Shown here one piece after another: positions 29,940-39,561 of a stretch of 39,606 nt of DNA; the stretch's first letter is position 1, and each line of letters begins with the position of its first letter. Made by a program: the position numbers and the translations under genes. Below the pieces are notes generated by a model that made no database searches, was not told the DNA's origin, and saw nothing but the letters and a program-made list of their open reading frames with translations. The DNA is from Nitrospira japonica (GTDB lineage: Bacteria; Nitrospirota; Thermodesulfovibrionia; Thermodesulfovibrionales; SM23-35), in assembly GCA_020725385.1 (NCBI GenBank), contig DYFC01000058.1, positions 1 through 39,606 on the forward strand. Direction: 5' to 3'.

Positions 29940-32315
29940 TTACCGGTTATATTGAAATGCAGAAAAATCGGTTTTTGTATTCAATGAAAGTTTTAAAGAA
30001 GCAAATATCTCTGCAATTTTTCTGCTTAGAGTTTCTTTTGAATAATTCTTTTCAATATGCTCAATAGAATTATTTGAAATAATATTCCAGAGATTCTCGT
30101 CAGAGTATAGCTTTATAACAGCTTCTGCAAAATCAACGGGATTATCTGCTATCAATGAATTTAATTTATTTTTGAGACCTATTCCTTCTGCTCCGATTGT
30201 TGTTGTAACAACAGGAAGCCCGTATGCCATGCTTTGTCCTATCTTCCCTTTCATGCCTGCTCCGTAACGAAGTGGAGCAACGAACACGCGGCAATTTTCA
30301 AAATATGGAGATACATCTTTAACATATCCCGTTACTTTTATTGATTCTGATTCAAGTCTGAGAATAGACTCGAGCGGGTCGCTTCCAACGACATAGAATT
30401 TAATGTCAGGGATTTCCTTCTTAATAAAGGGGAAAACTTCTTTAACAAAAAATAAGACAGCATCCTCATTTGGCTGATGCAAGAAACTCCCGATAAACAT
30501 TATATCCTTCCTGGCTTTGAAATCATTCTTCCTTCTATGAATTTCGTGTATATTTGGTAAGACCTCTACATGTAAGGAAGGCTCCTCGTTAAGAAGGAAC
30601 TCTTTTTCATCTTTTGTTACAGTGAAAACAACATCCGAGCAGGAAGAATTAAAGAGTTCCATAGATTTATAATACTTTGCCTTTTCAAAGAGTTCTCTGT
30701 CATTGTTAACTGATGCAGCCCTTTCAAATCTAAGCCAGTGGAGATCAACTGTATCATAAGCGATTATGCTATTTATAGCATAAGCCCTGACAAGAGGAAG
30801 GTACTTGAATGTTTGTTCGGGCCTTGAGATTATAACAAAACTGAAAATATATCCGTTTTCTTCAAAATATTTCTGGATATCCAGTTCTCCAGAAAGAACC
30901 TGAATGCCCATACTTTCAAGCTCGCTTGAATAAGGTTCACTTCTTTGAAGATCATCAGGCAAAAAAGTGATTTTATATCCCAAATCGCTAAGAATACTTA
31001 AAAAAGAAAACATCCGTAATGAGCCGGAATCTTTGTCATATGTAGGAACAAACCTGTCAATAACGAGCACCTTATTGTCTTCATTAATTAGACCATGATA
31101 TTCAGTACGATGAAATATATTTTGATTGTAATAATTGAAATCGCCTGGATGTGTTTTATATCCTGAATTAGACGGAATATTAAGAGATGTTTTGCGTATA
31201 ACTTTACTTTTAATTGTATCAGGTTCAAGTATTTTGTATTGTTTTAAGAATCTGCTGATATTATGTTTGTTTAGCCCTGTTACAAACTGTCCGGGATTGC
31301 TTCCAGCAATCATTAGCAAGTCATAGAAAAGCCTTCTTTTAGTATTATCCGGGAAAATTTTGTCCCTGAATTTGTAGTAAGAACTCAATATCTTCCAGCC
31401 TCTTGACCCGGTAATCTGATCGAGAGTATTTATACTTCGGTTTAGTGAATTTTTGATATTAGAAATCTCAATTTCTTTTTCTTTGATTATTTTTTCAAGT
31501 GTTGAAATATATGCATCAGCACCATTTTCATATACAAGCCTCATTTTCCTTGCAAGCTGTATAAAGTCCATTATGACATCTACTGTGAATTTATCTTTGT
31601 GCTTGTTTATTATCTGGCGATGGGCTATTCGAGCTCTTACTGCAAATTCCGGAGAATGAGCTACTTGTTGTGTCCCGCTCCATTGTATATAATCAGCAGT
31701 AATTTCCTTAACATGATAAAAGGGAAATTTTTCAGCAATACGTATAAGAAGGTCCCAATCTTCATAAATGTCGAAACTTTCATCAAACCCGCTGCTGTAA
31801 TTAAAAACTTCCTTAGAAAACATGAGACACATCAAAGGTATGTAATTATCGAGCAAAAGGTCACTATACGAAAAATCTTTGGATGAAAAAACTTTTTTGT
31901 AAATCCTTTCACCATCTCCACCTTTAATTGAATTGCCATGATAAACAATATTTGCATCAGAATAAACAACTTTAAAATTGTATTTCATTATTGCATCAGT
32001 TAATATTGATAGATGTTCGGGATGTAATTCGTCATCATCGTCAAGAAAACCGACATAATCTCCTTTAATATTTTCCAGCCCGACATTTCCTGCGTGAGAT
32101 CTTCCGGTATTTTCTTCAAGCCTGATATAATTCAAAGAAACATCCCCGAGTATTGAAATTAATTCATTAACTTCTAAATCACACCCTCCGTCATTGACAA
32201 GCACGACTTCTAATGGTCTATATGTTTGGTTGGCGATACTCTGTAATGCTTTTTTCAGAAGCTTGGGTCTATCTTTAGTTCTTACTATTATTGAGACTAA
32301 TGGATTGTTATTCAT
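29940..32315 (-). CDS. Multidomain glycosyltransferase: GT2, short coiled coil, GT4-like (GT-B) domain
   Basis: LVSIIVRTKDRP, FLDDDD, EDWDL; C-terminal VPTYDKDSGSLR, DTVDLH, APLRYGAGMKGKIGQSMAYGLPVVTT. Confidence 0.88.
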   Translation of the reverse strand: MNNNPLVSIIVRTKDRPKLLKKALQSIANQTYRPLEVVLVNDGGCDLEVNELISILGDVSLNYIRLEENTGRSHAGNVGLENIKGDYVGFLDDDDELHPEHLSILTDAIMKYNFKVVYSDANIVYHGNSIKGGDGERIYKKVFSSKDFSYSDLLLDNYIPLMCLMFSKEVFNYSSGFDESFDIYEDWDLLIRIAEKFPFYHVKEITADYIQWSGTQQVAHSPEFAVRARIAHRQIINKHKDKFTVDVIMDFIQLARKMRLVYENGADAYISTLEKIIKEKEIEISNIKNSLNRSINTLDQITGSRGWKILSSYYKFRDKIFPDNTKRRLFYDLLMIAGSNPGQFVTGLNKHNISRFLKQYKILEPDTIKSKVIRKTSLNIPSNSGYKTHPGDFNYYNQNIFHRTEYHGLINEDNKVLVIDRFVPTYDKDSGSLRMFSFLSILSDLGYKITFLPDDLQRSEPYSSELESMGIQVLSGELDIQKYFEENGYIFSFVIISRPEQTFKYLPLVRAYAINSIIAYDTVDLHWLRFERAASVNNDRELFEKAKYYKSMELFNSSCSDVVFTVTKDEKEFLLNEEPSLHVEVLPNIHEIHRRKNDFKARKDIMFIGSFLHQPNEDAVLFFVKEVFPFIKKEIPDIKFYVVGSDPLESILRLESESIKVTGYVKDVSPYFENCRVFVAPLRYGAGMKGKIGQSMAYGLPVVTTTIGAEGIGLKNKLNSLIADNPVDFAEAVIKLYSDENLWNIISNNSIEHIEKNYSKETLSRKIAEIFASLKLSLNTKTDFSAFQYNR

Positions 32316-32421
32316 TAAAACACCTTATTAAATTATTAAGAATATATAAACAGACATACACTTTATTATGTTTTATGCACTATAATAACAGTATCTAAAT
32401 TAACCTTTCAAGGACGGTGCT

Positions 32422-33888
32422 ATGTCATCATTGAATATGCTTACTATTTCAGAGGCGCAGAATTTGCTTCGTAAGAAGGAAATATCTGTTATAGATATTT
32501 TAGAAGCAGTTTTCTGGAGAATAGATTCTGTTGAAGAGAAAGTAAAAGCTTTTATTACTATAAACAAAGAAAATTCACTAACGGTAGCAAAAGATGCCCA
32601 GAAAAAGATTGATTCCATCGGGTCAAATGACAATATTTCTTTGCTCGGGATACCAATTGCTGTTAAAGACAATATCTGTACGAAAGGTATTCTTACAACC
32701 TGTGCTTCTAAGATACTATACAATTTTATTCCGCCGTATGAATCAACGGTGACGATGCGGTTAAAAAACAAGGGCTATATTTTAGTTGGTAAAACAAATT
32801 TGGATGAATTTGCAATGGGTTCATCTACAGAGAATTCAGGTTTTCAAACGACGCTGAATCCATGGGATTTAGAAAGGGTTCCGGGAGGTTCAAGTGGCGG
32901 CTCTGCTGCTGCGGTAGCTGCTGATGAATGTATCGCTGCTCTCGGTTCGGATACAGGAGGCTCTATCAGACAACCTGCAAGTTTTTGTGGCGTTGTAGGA
33001 TTGAAACCAACTTATGGCAGGGTCTCACGTTTTGGACTTGTTGCTTATGCTTCTTCTCTTGACCAAATTGGTCCGATTACAAAAAATGTGAGAGATTCAG
33101 CGATACTTTTAAAGATAATATCAGGTCATGATCCATATGATTCCACTTCTGCTCCTATTAATGTCCCTGATTTTACAGAATGTCTTGAAAAGGATATAAA
33201 AGGGTTAAAAATTGGAATACCAAAAGAATATTTCATAGAAGGAATGGATAAAGAAATTGAAAATACAATATTTCAAGCTATAAAACTTCTTGAATCTTTA
33301 GGAGCGATTCCTGTTGAAATTTCTTTGCCGCATACTGAATATGCAGTCGCTACATATTATATTCTTGCGACATCCGAGGCTTCATCAAATCTCGCGAGAT
33401 ACGACGGCGTTAAATACGGACTAAGAGCAGTAGGCAAAGACCTTATGGATATGTATTTAACAACAAGAGCACAGGGATTCGGGGCAGAGGTTAAAAGAAG
33501 GATTATGCTTGGCACTTATGCTCTATCCTCGGGTTATTACGAAGCTTATTATAGAAAAGCCCAACAGGTGAGGACTTTAATTAAGAAAGATTTTGAAGAT
33601 GCTTTTAACAAAGTCGATATCATCGTTACTCCAACTTCACCTACGCCACCGTTTAAAGCAGGTGAGAAAACACAGGACCCGCTTCAGATGTATTTAACCG
33701 ATATATATACAATATCCATGAACCTTGCGGGAGTACCTGCAATTTCTATTCCTTGTGGTTTTACTTCAAACAATCTACCTGTTGGAATACAATTTATTGG
33801 AAAACATTTTGACGAAGAATCAATTCTTAAAATTGCATATGCTTATGAACAATCAACAGACTGGCACAGGAGGAAACCAGCGCTATGA
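32422..33888 (+). CDS. gatA: Asp/Glu-tRNA amidotransferase subunit A
   Basis: [50 protein letters not shown]. Confidence 0.98.
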   Translation: MSSLNMLTISEAQNLLRKKEISVIDILEAVFWRIDSVEEKVKAFITINKENSLTVAKDAQKKIDSIGSNDNISLLGIPIAVKDNICTKGILTTCASKILYNFIPPYESTVTMRLKNKGYILVGKTNLDEFAMGSSTENSGFQTTLNPWDLERVPGGSSGGSAAAVAADECIAALGSDTGGSIRQPASFCGVVGLKPTYGRVSRFGLVAYASSLDQIGPITKNVRDSAILLKIISGHDPYDSTSAPINVPDFTECLEKDIKGLKIGIPKEYFIEGMDKEIENTIFQAIKLLESLGAIPVEISLPHTEYAVATYYILATSEASSNLARYDGVKYGLRAVGKDLMDMYLTTRAQGFGAEVKRRIMLGTYALSSGYYEAYYRKAQQVRTLIKKDFEDAFNKVDIIVTPTSPTPPFKAGEKTQDPLQMYLTDIYTISMNLAGVPAISIPCGFTSNNLPVGIQFIGKHFDEESILKIAYAYEQSTDWHRRKPAL

Positions 33889-35321
33889 AATATGAAGCGG
33901 TTATAGGTCTTGAAGTACATGCACAGATGCTTACCGATACAAAAATTTTCTGTGGTTGTTCAACAAAATTTGGTGCAGAGCCTAATTCTCAAACATGTCC
34001 TGTTTGTATTGGCATGCCCGGTGTTTTACCTGTTTTAAATAAAAAAGCTCTTGAATTTGCTGTTAAAACAGGACTTGCAACAAATTGTCAGATTTCGAAA
34101 TTAAGCAGATTTGCCCGGAAAAATTATTTTTATCCAGACCTTCCAAAAGGCTATCAAATAAGCCAGTATGAACTTCCCATATGCGAGCATGGATATATTG
34201 AAATCGTTTCAGATGGAAATACAAAAAAAATTGGAATTACAAGAATACATATGGAAGAAGACGCGGGTAAAAATATCCATGAGTCCTCTTCAGGTGGCGG
34301 TTCTTTTAGTTTTGTTGATTTAAATAGAGCCGGGGTTCCTCTAATGGAAATAGTTTCAGAACCTGATATAAGTACTCCATCCGAGGCTGTTGAATATATG
34401 AAAAAACTAAGGGCAATTCTTAGATACTTGAATGTCTGTGACGGAAATATGGAACAGGGCTCTTTAAGATGTGATGCCAATGTATCGATTAGACTCAAGG
34501 GTGAAAAAGAACTTGGAACTAAGGTTGAAATTAAGAATATTAATTCATTTAAATTTGTTGAGAAAGCTCTTGAGTATGAAATAAAAAGACAGATTAAGGT
34601 TATTGAAGATGGTGGAAGAATAATTCAGGAAACAAGATTGTGGGATTCTAACAAAGGCATTACAGAATCAATGAGGGGAAAGGAAGAAGCTCATGATTAC
34701 AGGTATTTCCCCGAGCCCGACCTGGTTCCGATTACAATTAATGAGGAGTGGCTTAACAAAATCAAACAGTCACTTCCTGAATTGCCTGATACTAAAAGAG
34801 AACGTTTTATTAAAGAGCATGGAATTTCTGATACAGATGCTGAACTACTGACTTCTGAAATGTCTCTTGCTGACTGGTTTGAAGATGCTATTACTTCAGG
34901 CGGAAATCCAAAATTAGTTGCAAACTGGGTAAAAGGCGATTTGCTCAGGATTTTAAATGAAGAGAATAAAACAATCGAACAATGTCCGGTTAAGCCTTCT
35001 CAACTTGCAGATATGCTAAAACTTATCGAAAATGGAACTATAAGCGGAAAGATAGCAAAAACAGTTTTTGAAGAAATATATAAAACAGGCAAAAATGCCG
35101 ATGTAATTGTAAAGGAAAAAGGATTGGTTCAGATTACCAGTACCGATGAGATTGAAAAAGCAGTTGATGAAGTACTATTAAAAAATCCCGGAGAAGTTGA
35201 AAGATATAGAAGTGGAGATAAAAAACTTCTTGGTTTTTTTGTCGGTCAGATTATGAAGATTACAAAAGGCAAAGCGAATCCTCAACTCGTAAATGAAATT
35301 TTAAATAAAAAGCTTTCGTAA
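33885..35321 (+). CDS. gatB: Asp/Glu-tRNA amidotransferase subunit B
   Basis: [54 protein letters not shown]. Confidence 0.98.
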   Translation: MKYEAVIGLEVHAQMLTDTKIFCGCSTKFGAEPNSQTCPVCIGMPGVLPVLNKKALEFAVKTGLATNCQISKLSRFARKNYFYPDLPKGYQISQYELPICEHGYIEIVSDGNTKKIGITRIHMEEDAGKNIHESSSGGGSFSFVDLNRAGVPLMEIVSEPDISTPSEAVEYMKKLRAILRYLNVCDGNMEQGSLRCDANVSIRLKGEKELGTKVEIKNINSFKFVEKALEYEIKRQIKVIEDGGRIIQETRLWDSNKGITESMRGKEEAHDYRYFPEPDLVPITINEEWLNKIKQSLPELPDTKRERFIKEHGISDTDAELLTSEMSLADWFEDAITSGGNPKLVANWVKGDLLRILNEENKTIEQCPVKPSQLADMLKLIENGTISGKIAKTVFEEIYKTGKNADVIVKEKGLVQITSTDEIEKAVDEVLLKNPGEVERYRSGDKKLLGFFVGQIMKITKGKANPQLVNEILNKKLS

Positions 35322-35324
35322 TAG

Positions 35325-35361
35325 AAAAGGCATGTGCCATGAAGGTGGGATGGCACATGCC
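35325..35361 (-). terminator. Rho-independent terminator of the cysteine hydrolase transcript
   Basis: Perfect 12-bp stem ggcatgtgccat (35329-35340) / atggcacatgcc (35350-35361); T-run follows only on the minus strand. Confidence 0.8.
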
Positions 35362-35390
35362 AAAAAATATTGAGAGAGAGGGAGGTGTTG

Positions 35391-35990
35391 CTATTGAACC
35401 GAGTTTAGAAACTCGTTATGGTCCATTACTTTACCGAGCATAGGGAAAATATTCTGCTCGGCATATTCCTGCCACGATTGTGATCTACAACCCGTACAAT
35501 CTTTAATAATAATAACTTCATAACCGGCATCGTATCCTGCACGGGCTGTTGATTCAACACAAACATTTGTAAGTAGCCCTGCTACCCCGATTGTCTTAAC
35601 TCCTTTTTCTTTCAGAAATCCATCAAGATTTGTATGACCAAAACAACTTAAGCCTGTTTTTCCTTCAACTACTTGAAGATAACCTGAAAAAGGCTTTAAT
35701 TCATCTATAACATCAGCACCTTTTGTGCCTTTCATGAAGGCTCCTATTTCTTTGATGTTTTTTAGAATTCCAACAGGGTTTTGAAGTTCCGGATAACCCG
35801 GAGTAAATACAATTGATGCAATATAAGCAGGAATTCCTTTTTTCTGAGCACGGGTTAAAAGGTCAACGGTATTTGGAATTATTTTGTTTGATGCGAGCAT
35901 GTCTTTAATAAGTGCATGTAATTTACCATCGGGTGAACAAAACTCATTCTGATACCCGGTTAATACTAATGCGACTTCATTTGCCTTCAT
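35391..35990 (-). CDS. Isochorismatase-family cysteine hydrolase
   Basis: ALVLTGYQNEF, GKTGLSCF, GLLTNVCVESTAR.GYD.GY; SD ggagg. Confidence 0.9.
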   Translation of the reverse strand: MKANEVALVLTGYQNEFCSPDGKLHALIKDMLASNKIIPNTVDLLTRAQKKGIPAYIASIVFTPGYPELQNPVGILKNIKEIGAFMKGTKGADVIDELKPFSGYLQVVEGKTGLSCFGHTNLDGFLKEKGVKTIGVAGLLTNVCVESTARAGYDAGYEVIIIKDCTGCRSQSWQEYAEQNIFPMLGKVMDHNEFLNSVQ

Positions 35991-36070
35991 TTTTTCCTCC
36001 TTTTGGGGCAGTTTTTTTAGCTGCCGGTTTTAAAAATAATAGTTTTAAAATAATAACCAACTATAATTAA

Positions 36071-36086
36071 AGCAAGTACAATGCCA
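36071..36086 (-). promoter_or_regulatory. sigma54 (-24/-12) promoter of the cysteine hydrolase
   Basis: Minus strand TGGCATTGTACTTGCT fits TGGCAY-N5-TTGCW with exact GG/GC spacing, about 80 nt upstream of the start codon. Confidence 0.75.
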
Positions 36087-36156
36087 TGATTGCGATTTTT
36101 TTCATTTATAGATTTGATAAGGATTTATTTCATTTTAATTAAAGAAAATGATTTTC

Positions 36157-36201
36157 ATATTCTCATTCTCATTCTCAAAATGAGAATGAGAATGAGAATA
36201 T
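36157..36201. repeat. Perfect 21-bp inverted repeat built of ATTCTC hexamers; probable regulator binding site
   Basis: atattctcattctcattctca-aaa-tgagaatgagaatgagaatat. Confidence 0.9.
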
Positions 36202-36389
36202 ATGCCTAATCAGAATAATGTAGATTTATTGATAAATAAATTTTTCCGTAATATTTGCATTATTCGGGTTAACCAAAATATTAAGCAACCTATTTAAAAA
36301 ACAATTAAATAAAGTTATGATAGTTATAGGTATTAAAGGTTGAACAGGAATTCGTTTCATTATAATCGATTTTTTATTGATTTTAATTT

Positions 36390-38639
36390 ATGAATAAACT
36401 TTACAACAATCTTAATTCGAAGTTGGCCTTAATAATAATCTCTTCAACGACTCTGACCAACATACTAATATTTCTTTTTATCTCATATTTTTCTCTCACA
36501 TTTACATTACCAACAGTTTTGCTGAGCATTTTAGCGACTTTTCTTCTGATTTTTCCAGCAACATATTTGCTTGTGTGTAAACCCCTTAAGGCTACACTTG
36601 ATAAATACAAACAAACAGAAATATCTCTTGAGAGATTAATGAGGCAGAATGAGCTTATACTCGAAGCTGCTGGAGAAGGGATTATTGGCATAAATTGTGA
36701 AGGCATAATAATTTTTGTTAATCCTTCTGCATCAAAAATGCTCGGTTATTCTCCGCAGGAACTTATCGGTGAAAATCACCATGAAAAAATACATTATCTA
36801 AATCAAAGCGGCCTGAAGTATGAAGAGGAAAATTGCCCTATTTTCAAAACATGTAAATATGGCGTTACTAACAAAGGACAGGATGAGGTTTTCTGGAAGA
36901 AAGATGGTTCGAGTTTTCCGGTTGAATATATGAGTACTCCGATGATTGAAAATGAAGAGATTGTAGGCGCGGTTGTAACTTTCAAAGATCTAACCGAACG
37001 GAGAAAAGAATTAGATGAAATCGAAGAAAAATTAGCCCATCTTGAGTATCTCTGGACTTCATTAAAAAAAGCCGAAGAAGCACAAAAGGAGACTGAAAAA
37101 AGATATAGATCGTTTTTCAACGAATCAAGAGATTCTGTTTTTATGACATCAGCTGCATGGAAATTCACAGACATAAATCAATCTGCGCTCGAACTTTTTG
37201 AGTATGATGCAAATGAAATATTCCGTCTGCATTTTAAAGAACTTTTTATTAATGTCAATGACTTTCTGAGTTTTGAGCAGATGATAAAAAGATATTCTTC
37301 CATAAAAGATTTTGAAGCAAAATTAGTTAAGAAAAGCGGTCAGGAAATGGATTGCCTTATAACTGCATCAACCCGGATAGATGATGAAGGCAGTATATTA
37401 GGATATTATGGAATTATACACGATATAACTGATAGGAAAAAACTCGAACAACAGCTTCTTCAGGCGCAGAAAATGGAAGCTGTTGGAAGGCTTGCAGGTG
37501 GTGTTGCACACGATTTTAATAATATTCTTACTGCAATAATAGGTTATGGTAAGCTCTTAAAAGAAGAGATGGAACCCGATAATCCATTGCAAAATTACAA
37601 TACCCAGATACTTAATTCTGCCGAACGTGCAGCCAATCTTACCCGTGCGCTTCTGACTTTCAGCAGAAAACAAATAATAAGTCCTAAACCTGTAAATATA
37701 AATGATTTGATAAACGGAATCACAAGACTTTTAAACAGGCTCATTGGTGAGGATATTGAATTGATAACCCATCTTTCTGATAAAGACCTTACAATTATGG
37801 CTGATTCAACCCAAATTGAACAGGTGCTAATGAATCTTGCTACTAATGCGCGGGATGCAATGCCGGGTGGCGGTACCCTTATAATCAAAACTGACCTTGT
37901 AGTCTTTGATGATGAATATATAAAAATTCATGGCTACGGAAAACCCGGCAACTTTGCATTAATTTCAGTTGAAGACACCGGTTCCGGCATAGATGAAAAA
38001 ATAAAAGAGAGGATTTTCGAGCCATTTTTTACTACAAAAGAAGTTGGGAAAGGCACAGGTCTTGGACTTGCTATGGTGTACGGTATAATTAAGCAACACG
38101 AAGGGTATATTAATGTTTATAGTGTTAAGGATAAAGGGACTACATTTAAAATTTATTTGCCCTTAATTAAGACAATTGTTGAAGATATTAAAGAGACTGA
38201 AAAGTATCATAGCGCAGGAGGTTCTGAAACAATTCTGATAGCAGAAGATGACACTCTTGTGAGAGATCTCAGCAGGAGGATACTCGAGAAAGCAGGATAC
38301 CATGTAATTGAAGCTCTGGATGGAGCAGATGCCCTTAAGGTATTCAAAGAAAAAAACAAAGATATACAACTACTTTTACTTGATGTTATAATGCCAAAGA
38401 AAAATGGCAGGGAATGCTATGATGAAATGAAAAAAATAAACCCTGATATAAAAGTTATATTCATGAGTGGATATACAGCCGATATAATCCATAAAAAGGG
38501 TATAATTGAAGAAGGCATAGAATTATTACTTAAGCCTATATCTCCTAACGAACTTTTGCGCAAGGTTCGTGAAGTGCTGGATAGAAAATCAGAACCCGCA
38601 AAGACAATTGCATTCCTTGACACAAATTTCATAAAATAA
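36390..38639 (+). CDS. Hybrid sensor histidine kinase (2 TM, PAS, PAS, HisKA, HATPase, REC)
   Basis: PAS motifs (VNPSASKMLGYS, KKDGSSFPVEY), H-box GVAHDFNNIL, NLATNARDAM, FTTKEVGKGTGLGL, REC LDVIMPKKNG...KP. Confidence 0.95.
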   Translation: MNKLYNNLNSKLALIIISSTTLTNILIFLFISYFSLTFTLPTVLLSILATFLLIFPATYLLVCKPLKATLDKYKQTEISLERLMRQNELILEAAGEGIIGINCEGIIIFVNPSASKMLGYSPQELIGENHHEKIHYLNQSGLKYEEENCPIFKTCKYGVTNKGQDEVFWKKDGSSFPVEYMSTPMIENEEIVGAVVTFKDLTERRKELDEIEEKLAHLEYLWTSLKKAEEAQKETEKRYRSFFNESRDSVFMTSAAWKFTDINQSALELFEYDANEIFRLHFKELFINVNDFLSFEQMIKRYSSIKDFEAKLVKKSGQEMDCLITASTRIDDEGSILGYYGIIHDITDRKKLEQQLLQAQKMEAVGRLAGGVAHDFNNILTAIIGYGKLLKEEMEPDNPLQNYNTQILNSAERAANLTRALLTFSRKQIISPKPVNINDLINGITRLLNRLIGEDIELITHLSDKDLTIMADSTQIEQVLMNLATNARDAMPGGGTLIIKTDLVVFDDEYIKIHGYGKPGNFALISVEDTGSGIDEKIKERIFEPFFTTKEVGKGTGLGLAMVYGIIKQHEGYINVYSVKDKGTTFKIYLPLIKTIVEDIKETEKYHSAGGSETILIAEDDTLVRDLSRRILEKAGYHVIEALDGADALKVFKEKNKDIQLLLLDVIMPKKNGRECYDEMKKINPDIKVIFMSGYTADIIHKKGIIEEGIELLLKPISPNELLRKVREVLDRKSEPAKTIAFLDTNFIK

Positions 38640-38646
38640 TTATAAT
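38617..38646 (+). promoter_or_regulatory. sigma70 promoter of the tRNA cluster
   Basis: TTGACA (38617-38622), 18-nt spacer, TATAAT (38641-38646); lies 22 nt before the first tRNA and overlaps the kinase 3' end. Confidence 0.75.
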
Positions 38647-38668
38647 TTTAATTTAAACTTTAATTATT

Positions 38669-38745
38669 GCGCCTGTAGCTCAGTAGGATAGAGCAACTGC
38701 CTTCTAAGCAGTGGGCCAGGGGTTCGAATCCCTTCAGGCGCGCCA
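38669..38745 (+). tRNA. tRNA-Arg (TCT)
   Basis: Acceptor GCGCCTG/CAGGCGC, anticodon arm actgc-cttctaa-gcagt, GGTTCGAATCC, CCA end. Confidence 0.97.
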
Positions 38746-38825
38746 TTTGCAAATTCTGTCAGTGAATTTTTGTTAAATAGTTGGTAGTTGATTATCAATT
38801 ATTTGATTAAGCACTGTTTTTCAGT

Positions 38826-38902
38826 GGTGAGTGTAGCTCAATGGTCAGAGCACTGGACTGTGGCTCCAGGTGTTGGGGGTTCGAGTCCCCTCACTCACCC
38901 CA
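38826..38902 (+). tRNA. tRNA-His (GTG)
   Basis: G-1 plus GTGAGTG/CACTCAC, C discriminator, ctgga-ctgtggc-tccag, CCA end. Confidence 0.97.
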
Positions 38903-38993
38903 ACTTAAATTTGTTCTGCAAATTTAAGAGTTCATAGTTGGTAGTGAAAGCCTTATTATCTTTTAATTTTTAACTCACAACTCTGAACTAAAT

Positions 38994-39070
38994 GCGCCTG
39001 TAGCTCAGTGGATTAGAGCATCGGCCTCCGGAGCCGAGTGTCGGAGGTTCGAATCCTCTCAGGCGCACCA
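38994..39070 (+). tRNA. tRNA-Arg (CCG)
   Basis: GCGCCTG/CAGGCGC, tcggc-ctccgga-gccga, GGTTCGAATCC, CCA end. Confidence 0.97.
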
Positions 39071-39173
39071 TGTATATTTTGCAGGTAGAAATTTGCTATA
39101 AGTAGTGAATAAGTAAAAGAGAATTTATATTATTTTTTCTATTTACTTTTTCATTCATTATTGTTTTTTCTGT

Positions 39174-39249
<76 letters not shown>

Positions 39250-39351
39250 TAAAATCAAGGACTTACAGTAACCCGCTTTTCCCTTTCTTTATCCAACGTG
39301 AAAAAATTGTGAAAATTTGTCTTCTTTTCAAGTAGCCGGACAACATTTCTC

Positions 39352-39561
39352 ATGCTCTCAGAATTATGTTTTGCATATCTCTCTGCCGTTGATAATTGTG
39401 AGTGTTCAAAAACTCCTGCAACTGAAAGATGTCATAATGGTATTTGTTCGGGAACAGTAATAAATTGTGATGATGGGGACCCTTGTACCGATGATTTATG
39501 CGATCCGGCTAAAGGTTGTGTTCATATAAGAAAATCCACACCTGATTGCGCGGGCAAATAG
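39352..39561 (+). pseudogene. Cys-rich ORF or gene remnant with a CDDG.PCT.D.C...GC repeat unit
   Basis: CHNGIC..CDDGDPCTDDLCDPAKGCVH resembles the Dictyostelium CTDC / myxobacterial Cys-rich repeat; no SD and no clear signal peptide. Confidence 0.5.

Noticed and set aside
35381-35408. Perfect plus-strand SD GGAGGTG followed by TTG codons
   Set aside because: Gives only a 4-6 codon ORF antisense to the hydrolase; better explained as the minus-strand anti-SD tract.
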